From NCBI GenBank assembly GCA_963702425.1, contig CAVPCQ010000016.1, forward strand, positions 1-64,000: a DNA stretch of 64,000 nucleotides. The letters run 5' to 3'. The position numbers were made by a program, and so were the translations under genes. Origin of the DNA: an uncultured Acidobacteriota bacterium. Its GTDB lineage: Bacteria; Acidobacteriota; Polarisedimenticolia; J045. Below, piece after piece: positions 43,139 to 52,569 of this stretch; the stretch's first letter is position 1; every line of letters begins with the position of its first letter. The notes beneath the pieces are model-generated. The model ran no database searches, was not told the origin of the DNA, and was given only the letters and a program-made list of their open reading frames with translations.

Positions 43139-44767
43139 ATGAAGCCCTCCCGCCCGCTGCTGGTCACGCTCCTCCTGGCGGCCCTCTTCGGGGCCTCCGC
43201 GATCGTCGTCGTCTCCCGCGCGGCCGCCCCGGCCGGGCCGACCCTGGGGAAGATGGGGACCTACGCCGAGATCCTCGCCCTGATCGAGGAGCGCGCGGTC
43301 CCCGAGCCCGACATGAAGCGGGTCATCTACTCCAGCATCGGCGGGATGCTCGACGTGCTCGACCCGCACACCAACTTCCTCGACGACGACAACTACCGCG
43401 AGATGCGCGAGGAGCAGAAGGGCTTCTTCTACGGGCTGGGGATCCAGATCAACAAGCGCGGCCGCTACCAGCCGCTGCGCGTCGTGGCCCCGATGGCCGG
43501 CACGCCGGCCGACCGGATGGGGATCCGCGGCGGCGACGTCATCGTGCACATCCGCGACGAGCGCGCGGGGGCCGACGTCGACACGCTGGGCCTGACGATC
43601 CAGGAGGCCGTGAAGTTCCTGCGCGGGCCGCGCGGCTCGGAGGTGGAGATCACCGTCGAGCGGCCGGGCGTCGAGGAGCCGCTGGTCTTCAAGATCCAGC
43701 GCGACGCGGTGCGCACCACGGCGGTCTCGCAGGCCTACCTGATCCGGCCCGAGACCGGCTACATCAAGATCACGAGCTTCGTCGAGAGCACCACCCCCGA
43801 GCTCGACGCCGCGATCGAGAGCCTGAAGAAGCAGGGCGCGAAGCGGCTGGTGCTCGACCTCTCCGGCAACCCGGGCGGCCTGCTCGACCAGGCGATCAAC
43901 GTCGCCAGCCGCTTCCTCCCCGCCGGCTCGCTCGTGGTCTACACCGAGGGCCGGATGGCCGGCTCGCGGCAGGACTACTTCTCGGCCAAGGACGTCCCGC
44001 ACGTCGAATGGCCGATCGTCGTGATGGTCGACCGCGAGGCGGCCTCCGCGTCGGAGATCGTCTCGGGCGCGCTGCAGGATCACGACCGCGGGATCGTCGT
44101 CGGCGAGACGACCTTCGGGAAGGGACTCGTGCAGTCGGTCTACCCGCTGTCCGAGAACACCGGCCTCGCGCTGACGACGCAGAAGTACTTCACCCCCGTG
44201 GGCCGCAGCATCCAGCGCCCCTACGCCGGCGAGGAGTCGTACTACCTCGAGTGGCGGGAGCGCGACGCGGTCCCGAAGCCGCGGGAGAATGCGCCGGTCT
44301 TCAAGACCGACACCGGGCGCACGGTCTACGGCGGCGGCGGCATCACGCCCGACGTGCCGGTGCAGATCCCGGAGTACCCCGAGGTCGTCGTCCAGCTGCT
44401 GCGGACCTCGGCCTTCCCGCGCTTCGTGACCACGCTCTCGGCGGCCGACCGGAAGAAGTACGCCGCCGACCCCGCGTCGATCCTCCCGCCGTTCACGACC
44501 TTCGTGCTGGCCGATCTGCCCGACGCCAAGGCCGAGGAGATCGCCGCCGCCAAGGACGACATCCTGGTCCAGCTGAAGGGCGAGATGGCGCTGCTCGAGG
44601 GCGGGCTCGCCGCGCGCGAGCGGGTCCTGCTCGAGAAGAACCCGGTGCTCGAGAAGGCGCTGGCCTCGTTCCCCGAGGCCGAGAAGCTGCAGAGCCTGCG
44701 CCGGGCGCTGCCGGAGACGCGGACCCAGACTGCGGAAGCGAGCGGGACCCCCGCTCAGACCAGGTAG
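43139..44767 (+). CDS. ctpA: Carboxyl-terminal processing protease (S41A, PDZ)
   Basis: Motifs LDPHT, GLGI, LDL.GNPGGLL, SASASEIV.GALQDHDR and TFGKGLVQ. TATACT lies 6 nt before the ATG. Confidence 0.92.
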   Translation: MKPSRPLLVTLLLAALFGASAIVVVSRAAAPAGPTLGKMGTYAEILALIEERAVPEPDMKRVIYSSIGGMLDVLDPHTNFLDDDNYREMREEQKGFFYGLGIQINKRGRYQPLRVVAPMAGTPADRMGIRGGDVIVHIRDERAGADVDTLGLTIQEAVKFLRGPRGSEVEITVERPGVEEPLVFKIQRDAVRTTAVSQAYLIRPETGYIKITSFVESTTPELDAAIESLKKQGAKRLVLDLSGNPGGLLDQAINVASRFLPAGSLVVYTEGRMAGSRQDYFSAKDVPHVEWPIVVMVDREAASASEIVSGALQDHDRGIVVGETTFGKGLVQSVYPLSENTGLALTTQKYFTPVGRSIQRPYAGEESYYLEWRERDAVPKPRENAPVFKTDTGRTVYGGGGITPDVPVQIPEYPEVVVQLLRTSAFPRFVTTLSAADRKKYAADPASILPPFTTFVLADLPDAKAEEIAAAKDDILVQLKGEMALLEGGLAARERVLLEKNPVLEKALASFPEAEKLQSLRRALPETRTQTAEASGTPAQTR

Positions 44768-45804
44768 GCCAGCGCGAACCCGACCTGCGCGGTCATCATC
44801 ATCAGGTACATGTGGGTCCACGACGGGTGGTTCTCCGTCGTCGCCAGCGCCTCGGGGTCGCGCAGGATCAGCCAGACGGTATAGGCGCCCCAGCTCGTCA
44901 GGAGCAGACCCAGCGCGTCGAGCGCCCAGCGGTTGCCGGTCAGGATCGCGTGGTGGCCCGCGGGATCGAAGGGGTCGGCCAGCAGCGTGCCGAGCGGGAT
45001 CAGCAGCCACGGCAGGACGAACGACGGCGCCATCATGACGGCGGCTCGCTTCACGCCGTAGCGGATCGGCAGCGTGTAGCAGCCCCCTTCCGCGTCCCCC
45101 TTCATGTCCGAGAAGTCCTTGGTGGAGGCGGCGCCGACCAGGAACAGCGCGAAGACCGCGCCGATGTACCAGGCCTCGAGCGCCCAGACCGGGCCGATCA
45201 TGCTCCAGCCGGCGACCTTGAGCAGCATCCCGCGCGGGATCGCGATCGTCACGTTGGCCCCGATCGCGTGGCGCTTGGTGCGGCCGAGCGCCGGGGCCGA
45301 ATAGACGAAGGTGAAGATCATTCCCAGGACGTAGATCACGAAGACCGCGTGCCAGAGCGTCAGCGCACCCGCCCACCCGCCCGCCCCGGCGAGCGAGGCG
45401 CGGACGCCGCCCGGCACCGTCAGGCGCTCGGCGAGGGTCTGCGCCGGGTAGATCACGACCAGCCAGGTCGGCAGCACCGCGGCGAGGTAGAGCACGATCG
45501 AGTAGTTCCACGCCGAGCGCATCGAGATCTTCCCCGACGGCAGCATCCGCTCCGGCTTGTTGATCCGGTCGATCGGCAGGTCGTAGTACTGGTTGATCAC
45601 GTTGCTCGCGGCGTTCAGCAGCGCGGCGCAGGCCGAGCCGAGCACGACGTTGAACAGCAGCGCGGCGGTGACGGCGCGCGTGGGATCGGGGTTCCAGTAG
45701 GAGCCCCAGGCGCAGATCGCGCCCGAGATCACGCCCAGCAGCGGCGGCAGGAGCGTGAAGGGGCGCGTGAAGTCGACGTAGCGTCGGAGCGTGTCCATCA
45801 TCAC
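44755..45804 (-). CDS. UbiA-family prenyltransferase with homogentisate/aromatic-PT-like motifs
   Basis: RPFTL, motif I INQYYDLPIDRINKP, YSAP, motif II KDFSDMKGD..GCYTLP and about 8 TMs. Confidence 0.9.
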   Translation of the reverse strand: MMMDTLRRYVDFTRPFTLLPPLLGVISGAICAWGSYWNPDPTRAVTAALLFNVVLGSACAALLNAASNVINQYYDLPIDRINKPERMLPSGKISMRSAWNYSIVLYLAAVLPTWLVVIYPAQTLAERLTVPGGVRASLAGAGGWAGALTLWHAVFVIYVLGMIFTFVYSAPALGRTKRHAIGANVTIAIPRGMLLKVAGWSMIGPVWALEAWYIGAVFALFLVGAASTKDFSDMKGDAEGGCYTLPIRYGVKRAAVMMAPSFVLPWLLIPLGTLLADPFDPAGHHAILTGNRWALDALGLLLTSWGAYTVWLILRDPEALATTENHPSWTHMYLMMMTAQVGFALAYLV

Positions 45805-45823
45805 GGTCGGTGTCCTGGGCGCG

Positions 45824-47170
45824 TCAGGCGGCGACGAGGGAAGCGATCAGGATCGCGACCAGGCCGCCGGCGAGCGTGTTGAGGAAGTTCTGGGCTTCGT
45901 TGTCGATCAGCTTGGCCTGCTCGAGCAGCGCGCCGAGGTAGCTCTCCAGCGTCGTGCCGACGAACGCCGCCGCGGCGACGATCGCGACCCCGCTCCCGTC
46001 GATCAGCCCGACCGCCCAGCCGAGCAGGCCGAGCACGATCGAACCGGCGATCCCGGCCAGCGTCCCCTCGAGGCTGACCGCGCCGTCGGTGCCGCGTGGC
46101 ACCGGGCGGAAGGTCGTGATCAGGAAGGTGCGGCGGCCGAAGGCCTGCCCGATCTCCGAGCCCAGCGTGTCCGACGCCGCGGTGGCGAGCGCCGCCACGA
46201 AAGCCAGCCGGAACAGGCCGTTCCCCTGCGCCGCGCCGAAGGCCAGCGCGGCGAAGAGGGCCGGCGCCCCGGCGTTGGCCCAGGCGTGCGCCGCGCCGCG
46301 GCGGCCCCCCTTGGCCTGCGCGGTCCCCTCCTTCGCCTTGGTGCGGTAGCCGACCTTGGTCGCGCCCGAGCCGAGCACGAAGAAGGCCAGCAGGATCGCG
46401 AAGCCGCCCGGGCCGAGACAGAGCCAGATCGCCGTCCCGAGCAGCACGCCGTGGATCACGCCCGAGAGGTCGACGGTCTTCAGCGCGTAGGCCAGGCCGG
46501 CGGCGGCGAGGTTCGCGCCGAGCGCCCAGGGCAGCCGCGCGAGCAGGAGGTCCTGCGCGCCCGCGATCCGCGAGAGGTCGATCAGCTGCGCCGCGTAGAG
46601 CAGGCCGCCGGCGGCCAGCGGCACGAGCAGGTTGTCGTTGATCCCGGTGTCGAGGCTCTCCAGGACCGCCAGCACCAGGCCGACGGCAAGGAACTTCAGC
46701 GCGATCGCCGGCGTGATCGCCCAGCCGCCGGTCCAGGCGAAGAGCGCCAGCGCCATCGGCACGCCGGCGACGACGAAGCCGGTGAAGCCCGCCCAGGTCT
46801 TCTCGCGGTTCCACGGGAGCGGTCCGCTGGCGGGCCCGAAGGCCCGGCCGGCGATCGTCGCCAGCCCGTCGCCGAAGGCCAGGAAGGCCCACGCCGCGGC
46901 AACGATGTCGAGCCGGTGCGGGAAGACCAGGATCAGGATCAGCACCGAGACCGCGTAGAGCACGATCCCGACGTCGAGGCCGCGTTCCTTCGCTTCGCCG
47001 CGGAAGAACTGCCGGCGCCCGAGGCGCGGCAGCACGAACAGGTTGTTGGCCAGGGCGACGAGCGCGCAGAGTGCCGCCTGCCACCAGGTGAGGTAGCGCA
47101 GCAGGAAGGCGAAGCCGCCCATCGAGATGTGCAGGAGCTTGCGGGCCAGGTCGCTGCGGAGCGCGCTCAC
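45824..47170 (-). CDS. Fusion of a CTP-dependent polyprenol (phytol/farnesol/dolichol) kinase and a DUF92 (VTE6/TMEM19-like) domain
   Basis: N-half has RKLLH, GDGLA.IAG..FG, KTWAG and DNLLVP. C-half has GGRR...AWANAG, SDTLGSEIG, GTDGAVSLEGT, ESYLGA and NFLNT. Confidence 0.88.
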   Translation of the reverse strand: MSALRSDLARKLLHISMGGFAFLLRYLTWWQAALCALVALANNLFVLPRLGRRQFFRGEAKERGLDVGIVLYAVSVLILILVFPHRLDIVAAAWAFLAFGDGLATIAGRAFGPASGPLPWNREKTWAGFTGFVVAGVPMALALFAWTGGWAITPAIALKFLAVGLVLAVLESLDTGINDNLLVPLAAGGLLYAAQLIDLSRIAGAQDLLLARLPWALGANLAAAGLAYALKTVDLSGVIHGVLLGTAIWLCLGPGGFAILLAFFVLGSGATKVGYRTKAKEGTAQAKGGRRGAAHAWANAGAPALFAALAFGAAQGNGLFRLAFVAALATAASDTLGSEIGQAFGRRTFLITTFRPVPRGTDGAVSLEGTLAGIAGSIVLGLLGWAVGLIDGSGVAIVAAAAFVGTTLESYLGALLEQAKLIDNEAQNFLNTLAGGLVAILIASLVAA

Positions 47171-48159
47171 GACTTCACCCGCGCGGGACCGGCGTCGATC
47201 AGCCAGCGCACCATCGCCGTCAGCCCGTCCCGGGCCGGCGTCACCGTGTAGCCCAGCTCGCGCTCGGCGCGCGCCGAGCTGAGCGCCCACTCGTGGCGGT
47301 AGATCGCGACCTCCCCGTCGGTCATCATCGGCTCGATCCCGGTCAGCGGCGCCTGCCAGCGCAGCACGCGGCCGAGGGCAGCCGCCACGCCGTACGGGAT
47401 CGCCCGCGACGGCGCGCGCACGCCGCCGGCTTCGGCCATGATCGCGAGCGCCTCGCGGACCGTGATGTTCTCGCCGCCGAGGACGTAGCGCGATCCGGCC
47501 TGCGCCTTTTCCAGCGCGAGCAGGAACCCGCGCGCGACGTCGTCCACCTGCGCCAGGCACTGCCGGCGGTCGCCGGGGCCGACGGTGCCGGGCAGCTTCC
47601 CCGCGAGCAGGTCGCGCGCCACGCCGGCGAGGATGTTCCCGTCCGTCAGGCGCCCCGGCCCGTAGACCACCCCCGGGTAGACCACGACCAGGTTCTCGCC
47701 TCCGGCCTGCCGCTCGCGCGCCCGCCGGTCGGCGGCCAGCTTCGTGCGCTCGTAGTCGTTGCGCGGCGCGCCGTCGTGGACGTTGTCCTCGTCGCCGATC
47801 CGGCCGTCGGTCGGACCCAGGGCGATGAACGACGAGCAGTAGATCGCCTTCCCCACCCCGGCCGCCCGGGCCGCGTCGAGCAGCCGGTCGAGCCCCTCGA
47901 CGTTGACGCGGTCGAAGCGCGCGGGGTCTCTGACCCAGCGTTTGACCAGGGCCGCGCAGTGCACGACGGCGTCGCGCCCGGCGACTGCCGCAGCGAGCGA
48001 CGGGCCGTCTTCGACGTCTCCGCGCAGGACCTCGAAGGGGCCCTGCGGCGCCGCCTCGGGCCGGCGCGCCAGCAGCGCCACCCGGTGCCCCGCGGCGGAG
48101 AGGACCTCCGCCACGCGCCCGCCGAGGAAGCCGGTGCCGCCGGTGAGCAGGACCTTCAC
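47167..48159 (-). CDS. Extended SDR oxidoreductase, farnesol dehydrogenase (FLDH)/HpnA-like
   Basis: Motifs TGGTGFLG, HCAALV..W..DP.RF..VNV.GL, SSFIALGPTDG, YERTK, YPGVVYGPGRLT and RHEW. Confidence 0.85.
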   Translation of the reverse strand: MKVLLTGGTGFLGGRVAEVLSAAGHRVALLARRPEAAPQGPFEVLRGDVEDGPSLAAAVAGRDAVVHCAALVKRWVRDPARFDRVNVEGLDRLLDAARAAGVGKAIYCSSFIALGPTDGRIGDEDNVHDGAPRNDYERTKLAADRRARERQAGGENLVVVYPGVVYGPGRLTDGNILAGVARDLLAGKLPGTVGPGDRRQCLAQVDDVARGFLLALEKAQAGSRYVLGGENITVREALAIMAEAGGVRAPSRAIPYGVAAALGRVLRWQAPLTGIEPMMTDGEVAIYRHEWALSSARAERELGYTVTPARDGLTAMVRWLIDAGPARVKS

Positions 48160-49049
48160 GACACGCCCTGCGGCGGAAACTCGGCCAGGTACTCGCGCGC
48201 CGCGTCGGTCCACGGCCGCGGGACCCAGCCGAAGCGGCCCGCGAACAGCCCGGTCGCGAGCGGGGTCGCCGCCGGACGCGCCGCCGGCAGGTCGAGCGAC
48301 TCCGGCGCGACGGGCTCGACCCGCGCCGGATCGCCCCCCGCCAGCCGGACCACCTCGCGCGCGAAGGCGAAGCGCGAGACGGCTCCGCCGTTGGCGAAGT
48401 GGAACAGGCCGGTCGCGTCGGGATCGGTGATCAGCGCCTCGATCGCGCGCGCGATGTCGCGGTTGTAGGTCGGCTTGGTGACCCAGCCGTCGATCGACCG
48501 GATCGCGCCCCCGCCCGCGACCGCTTCGCGTGCGATCCGGTCGAAGAAGGTCTCGCGCCCGGGGCCGAAGACGAACGAGATCCGCAGCACGACCGCGTCC
48601 GCCAGCTTGCTGAGGATCGCCTCCTCCCCGTGGAGCTTGCTGCGCCCGTAGGCGTTGACCGGCGCGGTGAGGTCCTCCTCGACGTACTCGCGCCCGGCCG
48701 TCCCGTCAAAGACGTAGTCGGTCGAGATGTGAATCAGCCGCCGGCGGCCGCGCGTGCAGATCGCGGCCAGGTTCGCGGCCCCCTCGGCGTTGACCTCCTC
48801 CGCCGTCTCGGGATCCTGCTCGGCCTCGTCGACGTTCGACATCGCGGCGCAGTTGATGACCACCGTCGGGTCGAGGCGCTCGATGTCCAGCTCCGTCGCC
48901 CACCGGTCGGCGATGTCCATTTCCGTCCGCGAGGCGGAGACGGTGTGCGGGAAGCGCGCCTCGAGCCGCCCGGCCAGGGCGCTGCCGACGAGGCCGTCGG
49001 CGCCGATGATCATCGGCCGGATCGCAAGGTTGGGGTCGGTGGCGGTCAC
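48156..49049 (-). CDS. rfbD: dTDP-4-dehydrorhamnose reductase
   Basis: Motifs GADGLVG, INCAA, VDEAE, HISTDYVFDG and NAYGRSKL.GE. Confidence 0.88.
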   Translation of the reverse strand: MTATDPNLAIRPMIIGADGLVGSALAGRLEARFPHTVSASRTEMDIADRWATELDIERLDPTVVINCAAMSNVDEAEQDPETAEEVNAEGAANLAAICTRGRRRLIHISTDYVFDGTAGREYVEEDLTAPVNAYGRSKLHGEEAILSKLADAVVLRISFVFGPGRETFFDRIAREAVAGGGAIRSIDGWVTKPTYNRDIARAIEALITDPDATGLFHFANGGAVSRFAFAREVVRLAGGDPARVEPVAPESLDLPAARPAATPLATGLFAGRFGWVPRPWTDAAREYLAEFPPQGVS

Positions 49050-49089
49050 GCGCGGATTCTAGCAAGGAAGCGGACGGGCGCCGGGCCCG

Positions 49090-51576
49090 TCAGTTCCCGA
49101 CCTCCTGATTGAGGTCGAACAGCTTGCCGATCCCGGAGAGGTTGACCGTCAGGAGCAGGTTCCGGCGGTTGTTGTCGACGAAGTTCCGCGTGTCGAGCCC
49201 GAGCTGGATCGAGCAGCACTGCGTCGTCCAGCGCAGCTGGTAGAGGTAGTGGTCGAGCTGCGAGGTCTCGAGGTTGTAGTCCCAGGCCGCCTCGAGCGAC
49301 AGGCCGCGCACGATCCGCGCGATCCCCAGCTGCGTGCGCAGGAAGTCCGTCGGGAGGTCGAGCGGCCGGACGGAATTGCGCTTGTACCACGAGCCGCGGA
49401 AGTAGCCGCCGCGGAACCCCATCATCGCCGAGATGCTGGTCTCGGCCAGCTTGTCGTTGGCGACGTCGAAGACGTAGGAGAGGTCGACCGACTGCTGGTA
49501 GGTCGGGTTGAAGCGGCCGGTGATCGCGATCGGGGAGTACTGCCGCGTGTCGACGATCTGCTGCCGGTTCAGCGACTCGCCGGTTGTCGGGTCGACGAGC
49601 AGCGCCCAGAGGTTGCTCAGCGGCTGGTCGAGCGAGTACTGCTGCGAGATCTGCAGGCTGCCGATCTCGGTCGGTGTCAGGTTCTCCGCGACCTCGATCG
49701 CCTCGGCCACACCGGGCTTGCCGGCCTCCTCGAGGGCGCGGCGGGCCTCTCTCGCCGACTGCTCCTCGAGGTCGGAGAGCGAGAGCTTCTCGGTCGAGGG
49801 GACGCCGAAGGTGCGGCCGGTGTCGGGCCCACGCAGCGCATAGAAGCGGGTCCGCACGCCGTAGGTGAAGAGCGAGAGCTGGCCCGGGACGGTGTCGACG
49901 TCGTCGAACGGGATGATCTTCAGCGGGTCGATCCCCGAGTCGGGACGCCAGTCGTAGCGGAAGAACGGCTCGACGACGTTCTTGAGCTTCGGGGAGAAAC
50001 CCCACCGCGGGGTCTCCCAGACGCGCTGGAAGCGCGGCCCGATGAAGCCGATCCCGACGTTCCACAGGGTGCGCGTCAGGTTCTCGTTCACGAACACCGG
50101 GGCCCGGCGCGGCGGCTCGCCCGGTCCCGGCGGCGGGAGCTGCTGCGCCGTGTAGTGGGTCCAGCGCCCGCCGGCATTGATCGTCAGGTCGGCCCACGGG
50201 ACGTTCAGGAGCGGCATCTGGAGTTGCGGAAAGACGTCGATCCGCTGCCAGGTGACGTCCGCCAGGGTCAGCAGATCGTCCTCGTTCTTCTCGCCGGCCG
50301 TGCCCTCGGGGGGGCCGAGGATGGCCCGCCGGAAGCTGCCGGCCGACCCCTCGAAGAGCACGAAGACCGGCGAGCGGCCGATCCGGTGGCTGGCGCTGCG
50401 GATCTCGAGCTCGGGTCGCCTTTCGTTGATCGTCTCGCGCGCGATCAGGGTCTCGTCCGTCAGGAGGTTGGTGATCGGAAAGTACTGCTTGAGCCGGCTG
50501 GCCCGCGCCGCGAGCGAGTACCAGGACCACTGCCGCGTCAGGTCGAGCCAGGAGGAAACCTGCGGGTTCGAGGCCTCGTCGAGGTCGACGACGTAGTCGG
50601 TCAGGTAGTCGAAGTCGGACAGCGCCTCGAGCTGCAGGCGCATCTTCCAGGTGTCGCCGAGCGGCTGGACCTGGCGCCACTCCCCGATGTAGCGGTTCTC
50701 GGCACGGTCCGTGTCGCGGATGTAGTTCGCGATCCCCCGGGCCCGGCCGCGCCAGGTCGGGAACCAGTTCAGCTCCGCTCCCAGTCCGGGGCCGACCTGG
50801 CTGTGCCAGTCGAAGAGCAGCAACAGGTCGGCGTTGTCGGCGAAGGCCCAGAAGAACGGCACCGAGATCGTCTGCCCGAGCGTGGTCGAGGTGCTGAACG
50901 AGGGGAACAGCAGGCCCGTGGCGCGGTCGGTCTTGATCGGCCAGATGAGGTAGGGGGTGTAGAAGATCGGGACCTTGCCGACCCTGAACGCGGCGTCGCG
51001 GAGGTGCGCGTACTGGCCGATCGTCAGCGTCGCGCTGCGGACCCGGAACGACCAGTAGGGGGTCGGCTGGCTGCAGGTGGTGAACGTTGCGTGGGTGACG
51101 CGCAGGTCCTGCGGCCCGATCCGCTCGATCGTCGCCGCGCGCACGACCGCGTTGTCCTGGTCGAGGTAGCCGACCGCTTCCTCGACGACGCCGAGCTGGG
51201 TCTCGATGTTGTAGACCAGCCGGGTGCCGGAGAGCGTCGCGCCCGGAAAGGCGAGCACGACGTTGCCGGTCGCCACGACCTGCCGGGTGGCTACCGTGTA
51301 GACGATCTCGTCGGCCTGGATCGAGCTGTCGCCGGCCTTCAGGTCGACGTAGCCGCTGAGGCGCCACTCCGTCTCGGTGCGCACGGCCTGGCCGGCCCGC
51401 AAGGACGCCGACTCGGGCAGCTCCAGCTGAAGCTCGGGCTTCGCCATGCGCGGCTCCTCGGCGAGCGCCGGGAGCAACGCGGAAAGGATCGCCAGGAGCG
51501 CGCAAGCGAGGAGCAGACCGCTGCGGCCCGCCGGGCGCAACACGCCGGCGGCCGCCGGGTGACGCTCCGACGGCAT
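49090..51576 (-). CDS. lptD: LPS-assembly outer-membrane protein LptD
   Basis: Signal peptide, an OstA-like region (IQADEI), ATFTTC..P.PYW, PIFYTPY, RATGLLFP and a beta-barrel ending in QCCS. Confidence 0.9.
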   Translation of the reverse strand: MPSERHPAAAGVLRPAGRSGLLLACALLAILSALLPALAEEPRMAKPELQLELPESASLRAGQAVRTETEWRLSGYVDLKAGDSSIQADEIVYTVATRQVVATGNVVLAFPGATLSGTRLVYNIETQLGVVEEAVGYLDQDNAVVRAATIERIGPQDLRVTHATFTTCSQPTPYWSFRVRSATLTIGQYAHLRDAAFRVGKVPIFYTPYLIWPIKTDRATGLLFPSFSTSTTLGQTISVPFFWAFADNADLLLLFDWHSQVGPGLGAELNWFPTWRGRARGIANYIRDTDRAENRYIGEWRQVQPLGDTWKMRLQLEALSDFDYLTDYVVDLDEASNPQVSSWLDLTRQWSWYSLAARASRLKQYFPITNLLTDETLIARETINERRPELEIRSASHRIGRSPVFVLFEGSAGSFRRAILGPPEGTAGEKNEDDLLTLADVTWQRIDVFPQLQMPLLNVPWADLTINAGGRWTHYTAQQLPPPGPGEPPRRAPVFVNENLTRTLWNVGIGFIGPRFQRVWETPRWGFSPKLKNVVEPFFRYDWRPDSGIDPLKIIPFDDVDTVPGQLSLFTYGVRTRFYALRGPDTGRTFGVPSTEKLSLSDLEEQSAREARRALEEAGKPGVAEAIEVAENLTPTEIGSLQISQQYSLDQPLSNLWALLVDPTTGESLNRQQIVDTRQYSPIAITGRFNPTYQQSVDLSYVFDVANDKLAETSISAMMGFRGGYFRGSWYKRNSVRPLDLPTDFLRTQLGIARIVRGLSLEAAWDYNLETSQLDHYLYQLRWTTQCCSIQLGLDTRNFVDNNRRNLLLTVNLSGIGKLFDLNQEVGN

Positions 51577-51693
51577 CGCTCTCCTCCGTGAGTCGCGGAA
51601 GAATAGCGAGTTCGTCGCCGCGGCATCAACCTTCCGCGCCCCGGGGCGGTCCCGCGGGGCCGGTGCTACCATCCCGCCCCCGGAGGATCGCGC

Positions 51694-52569
51694 GTGCGGA
51701 TCGCCCTGGCCCAGACCGACCCGCGCCTCGCGGACGTCGAGGCCAACCTCGCCGGGATCGAGGAAACGGTGGCCGCGGCCCTCGCCGGCGGCGCCGACCT
51801 CGCGGTCTTCCCCGAGCTGGCGCTGACCGGTTATCGGCTGCGCGATCTGGTGCCGCAGGTCGCGGTGCGGCTCGACCGCGCGGGGCCGGTGCGCGACCGG
51901 CTCGCGGCCCTCTCCGAGCGCCTGCCGTTCGTCGTCGGGCTGGTCGAGGAGTCGGCCGACCACCGCTTCTACAACGCGGCGGCCTGGTTCGAGGACGGCC
52001 GGCTGGTCCACGTCCACCGCAAGGTCTACCTCCCGACCTACGGGATGTTCGACGAAGCGATGGACTTCGCCCGCGGCCGCCGGCTGGCGGCGTTCGACAC
52101 CCGCTTCGGGCGGGCCGGCATCCTGGTCTGCGAAGACCTCTGGCACCCGACCGCGACGACCGTCCTGGCGCTCGACGGGGCGGTCATGGTCTACGGGATC
52201 GCGGCCAGCCCGCTGCGCGGCCAGGGGGTCGGCTCGGCCGACCCGTCGCACCTTTCGGGCCGGCAGTTGGCCGAGGTCCTGGCGCGCTTCCACACCGTGC
52301 CGGTGGTCTACGTCAACCGCAGCGGGTACGAGGAGGGGCTGGCCTTCGGCGGCGGCAGCTTCGCGATCGGCGCGATGGGCGAGACGCTGGCCGAGGCGCC
52401 GCTGCTCGAGCCGGCGCTGGTGATCGCGACGATCGACCCCGACCGGACCCGCGCTGCGCGCGCGGCCTACCCGCTGGTGCGCGACGAGCGGCCGGGCCTG
52501 CTGGCGCGCGAGCTGCGGCGGATCGCGCGGGGCGAGGGGCTCGAGGCGGACGAGGAGGACGGGCGATGA
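51694..52569 (+). CDS. Carbon-nitrogen hydrolase (nitrilase fold), probable glutaminase subunit of a two-subunit NAD synthetase
   Basis: E-K-C triad in FPELALTGY, RKVYLPTYGMFDE and VCEDLW. ATGA overlap with nadE. Confidence 0.88.
   Translation: MRIALAQTDPRLADVEANLAGIEETVAAALAGGADLAVFPELALTGYRLRDLVPQVAVRLDRAGPVRDRLAALSERLPFVVGLVEESADHRFYNAAAWFEDGRLVHVHRKVYLPTYGMFDEAMDFARGRRLAAFDTRFGRAGILVCEDLWHPTATTVLALDGAVMVYGIAASPLRGQGVGSADPSHLSGRQLAEVLARFHTVPVVYVNRSGYEEGLAFGGGSFAIGAMGETLAEAPLLEPALVIATIDPDRTRAARAAYPLVRDERPGLLARELRRIARGEGLEADEEDGR

Noticed and set aside
47167-48159. Hopanoid biosynthesis cluster (hpnA)
   Set aside because: No shc or hpnB-H genes are nearby. The motifs and neighbours fit a prenol dehydrogenase better, although HpnA-family membership is not excluded.
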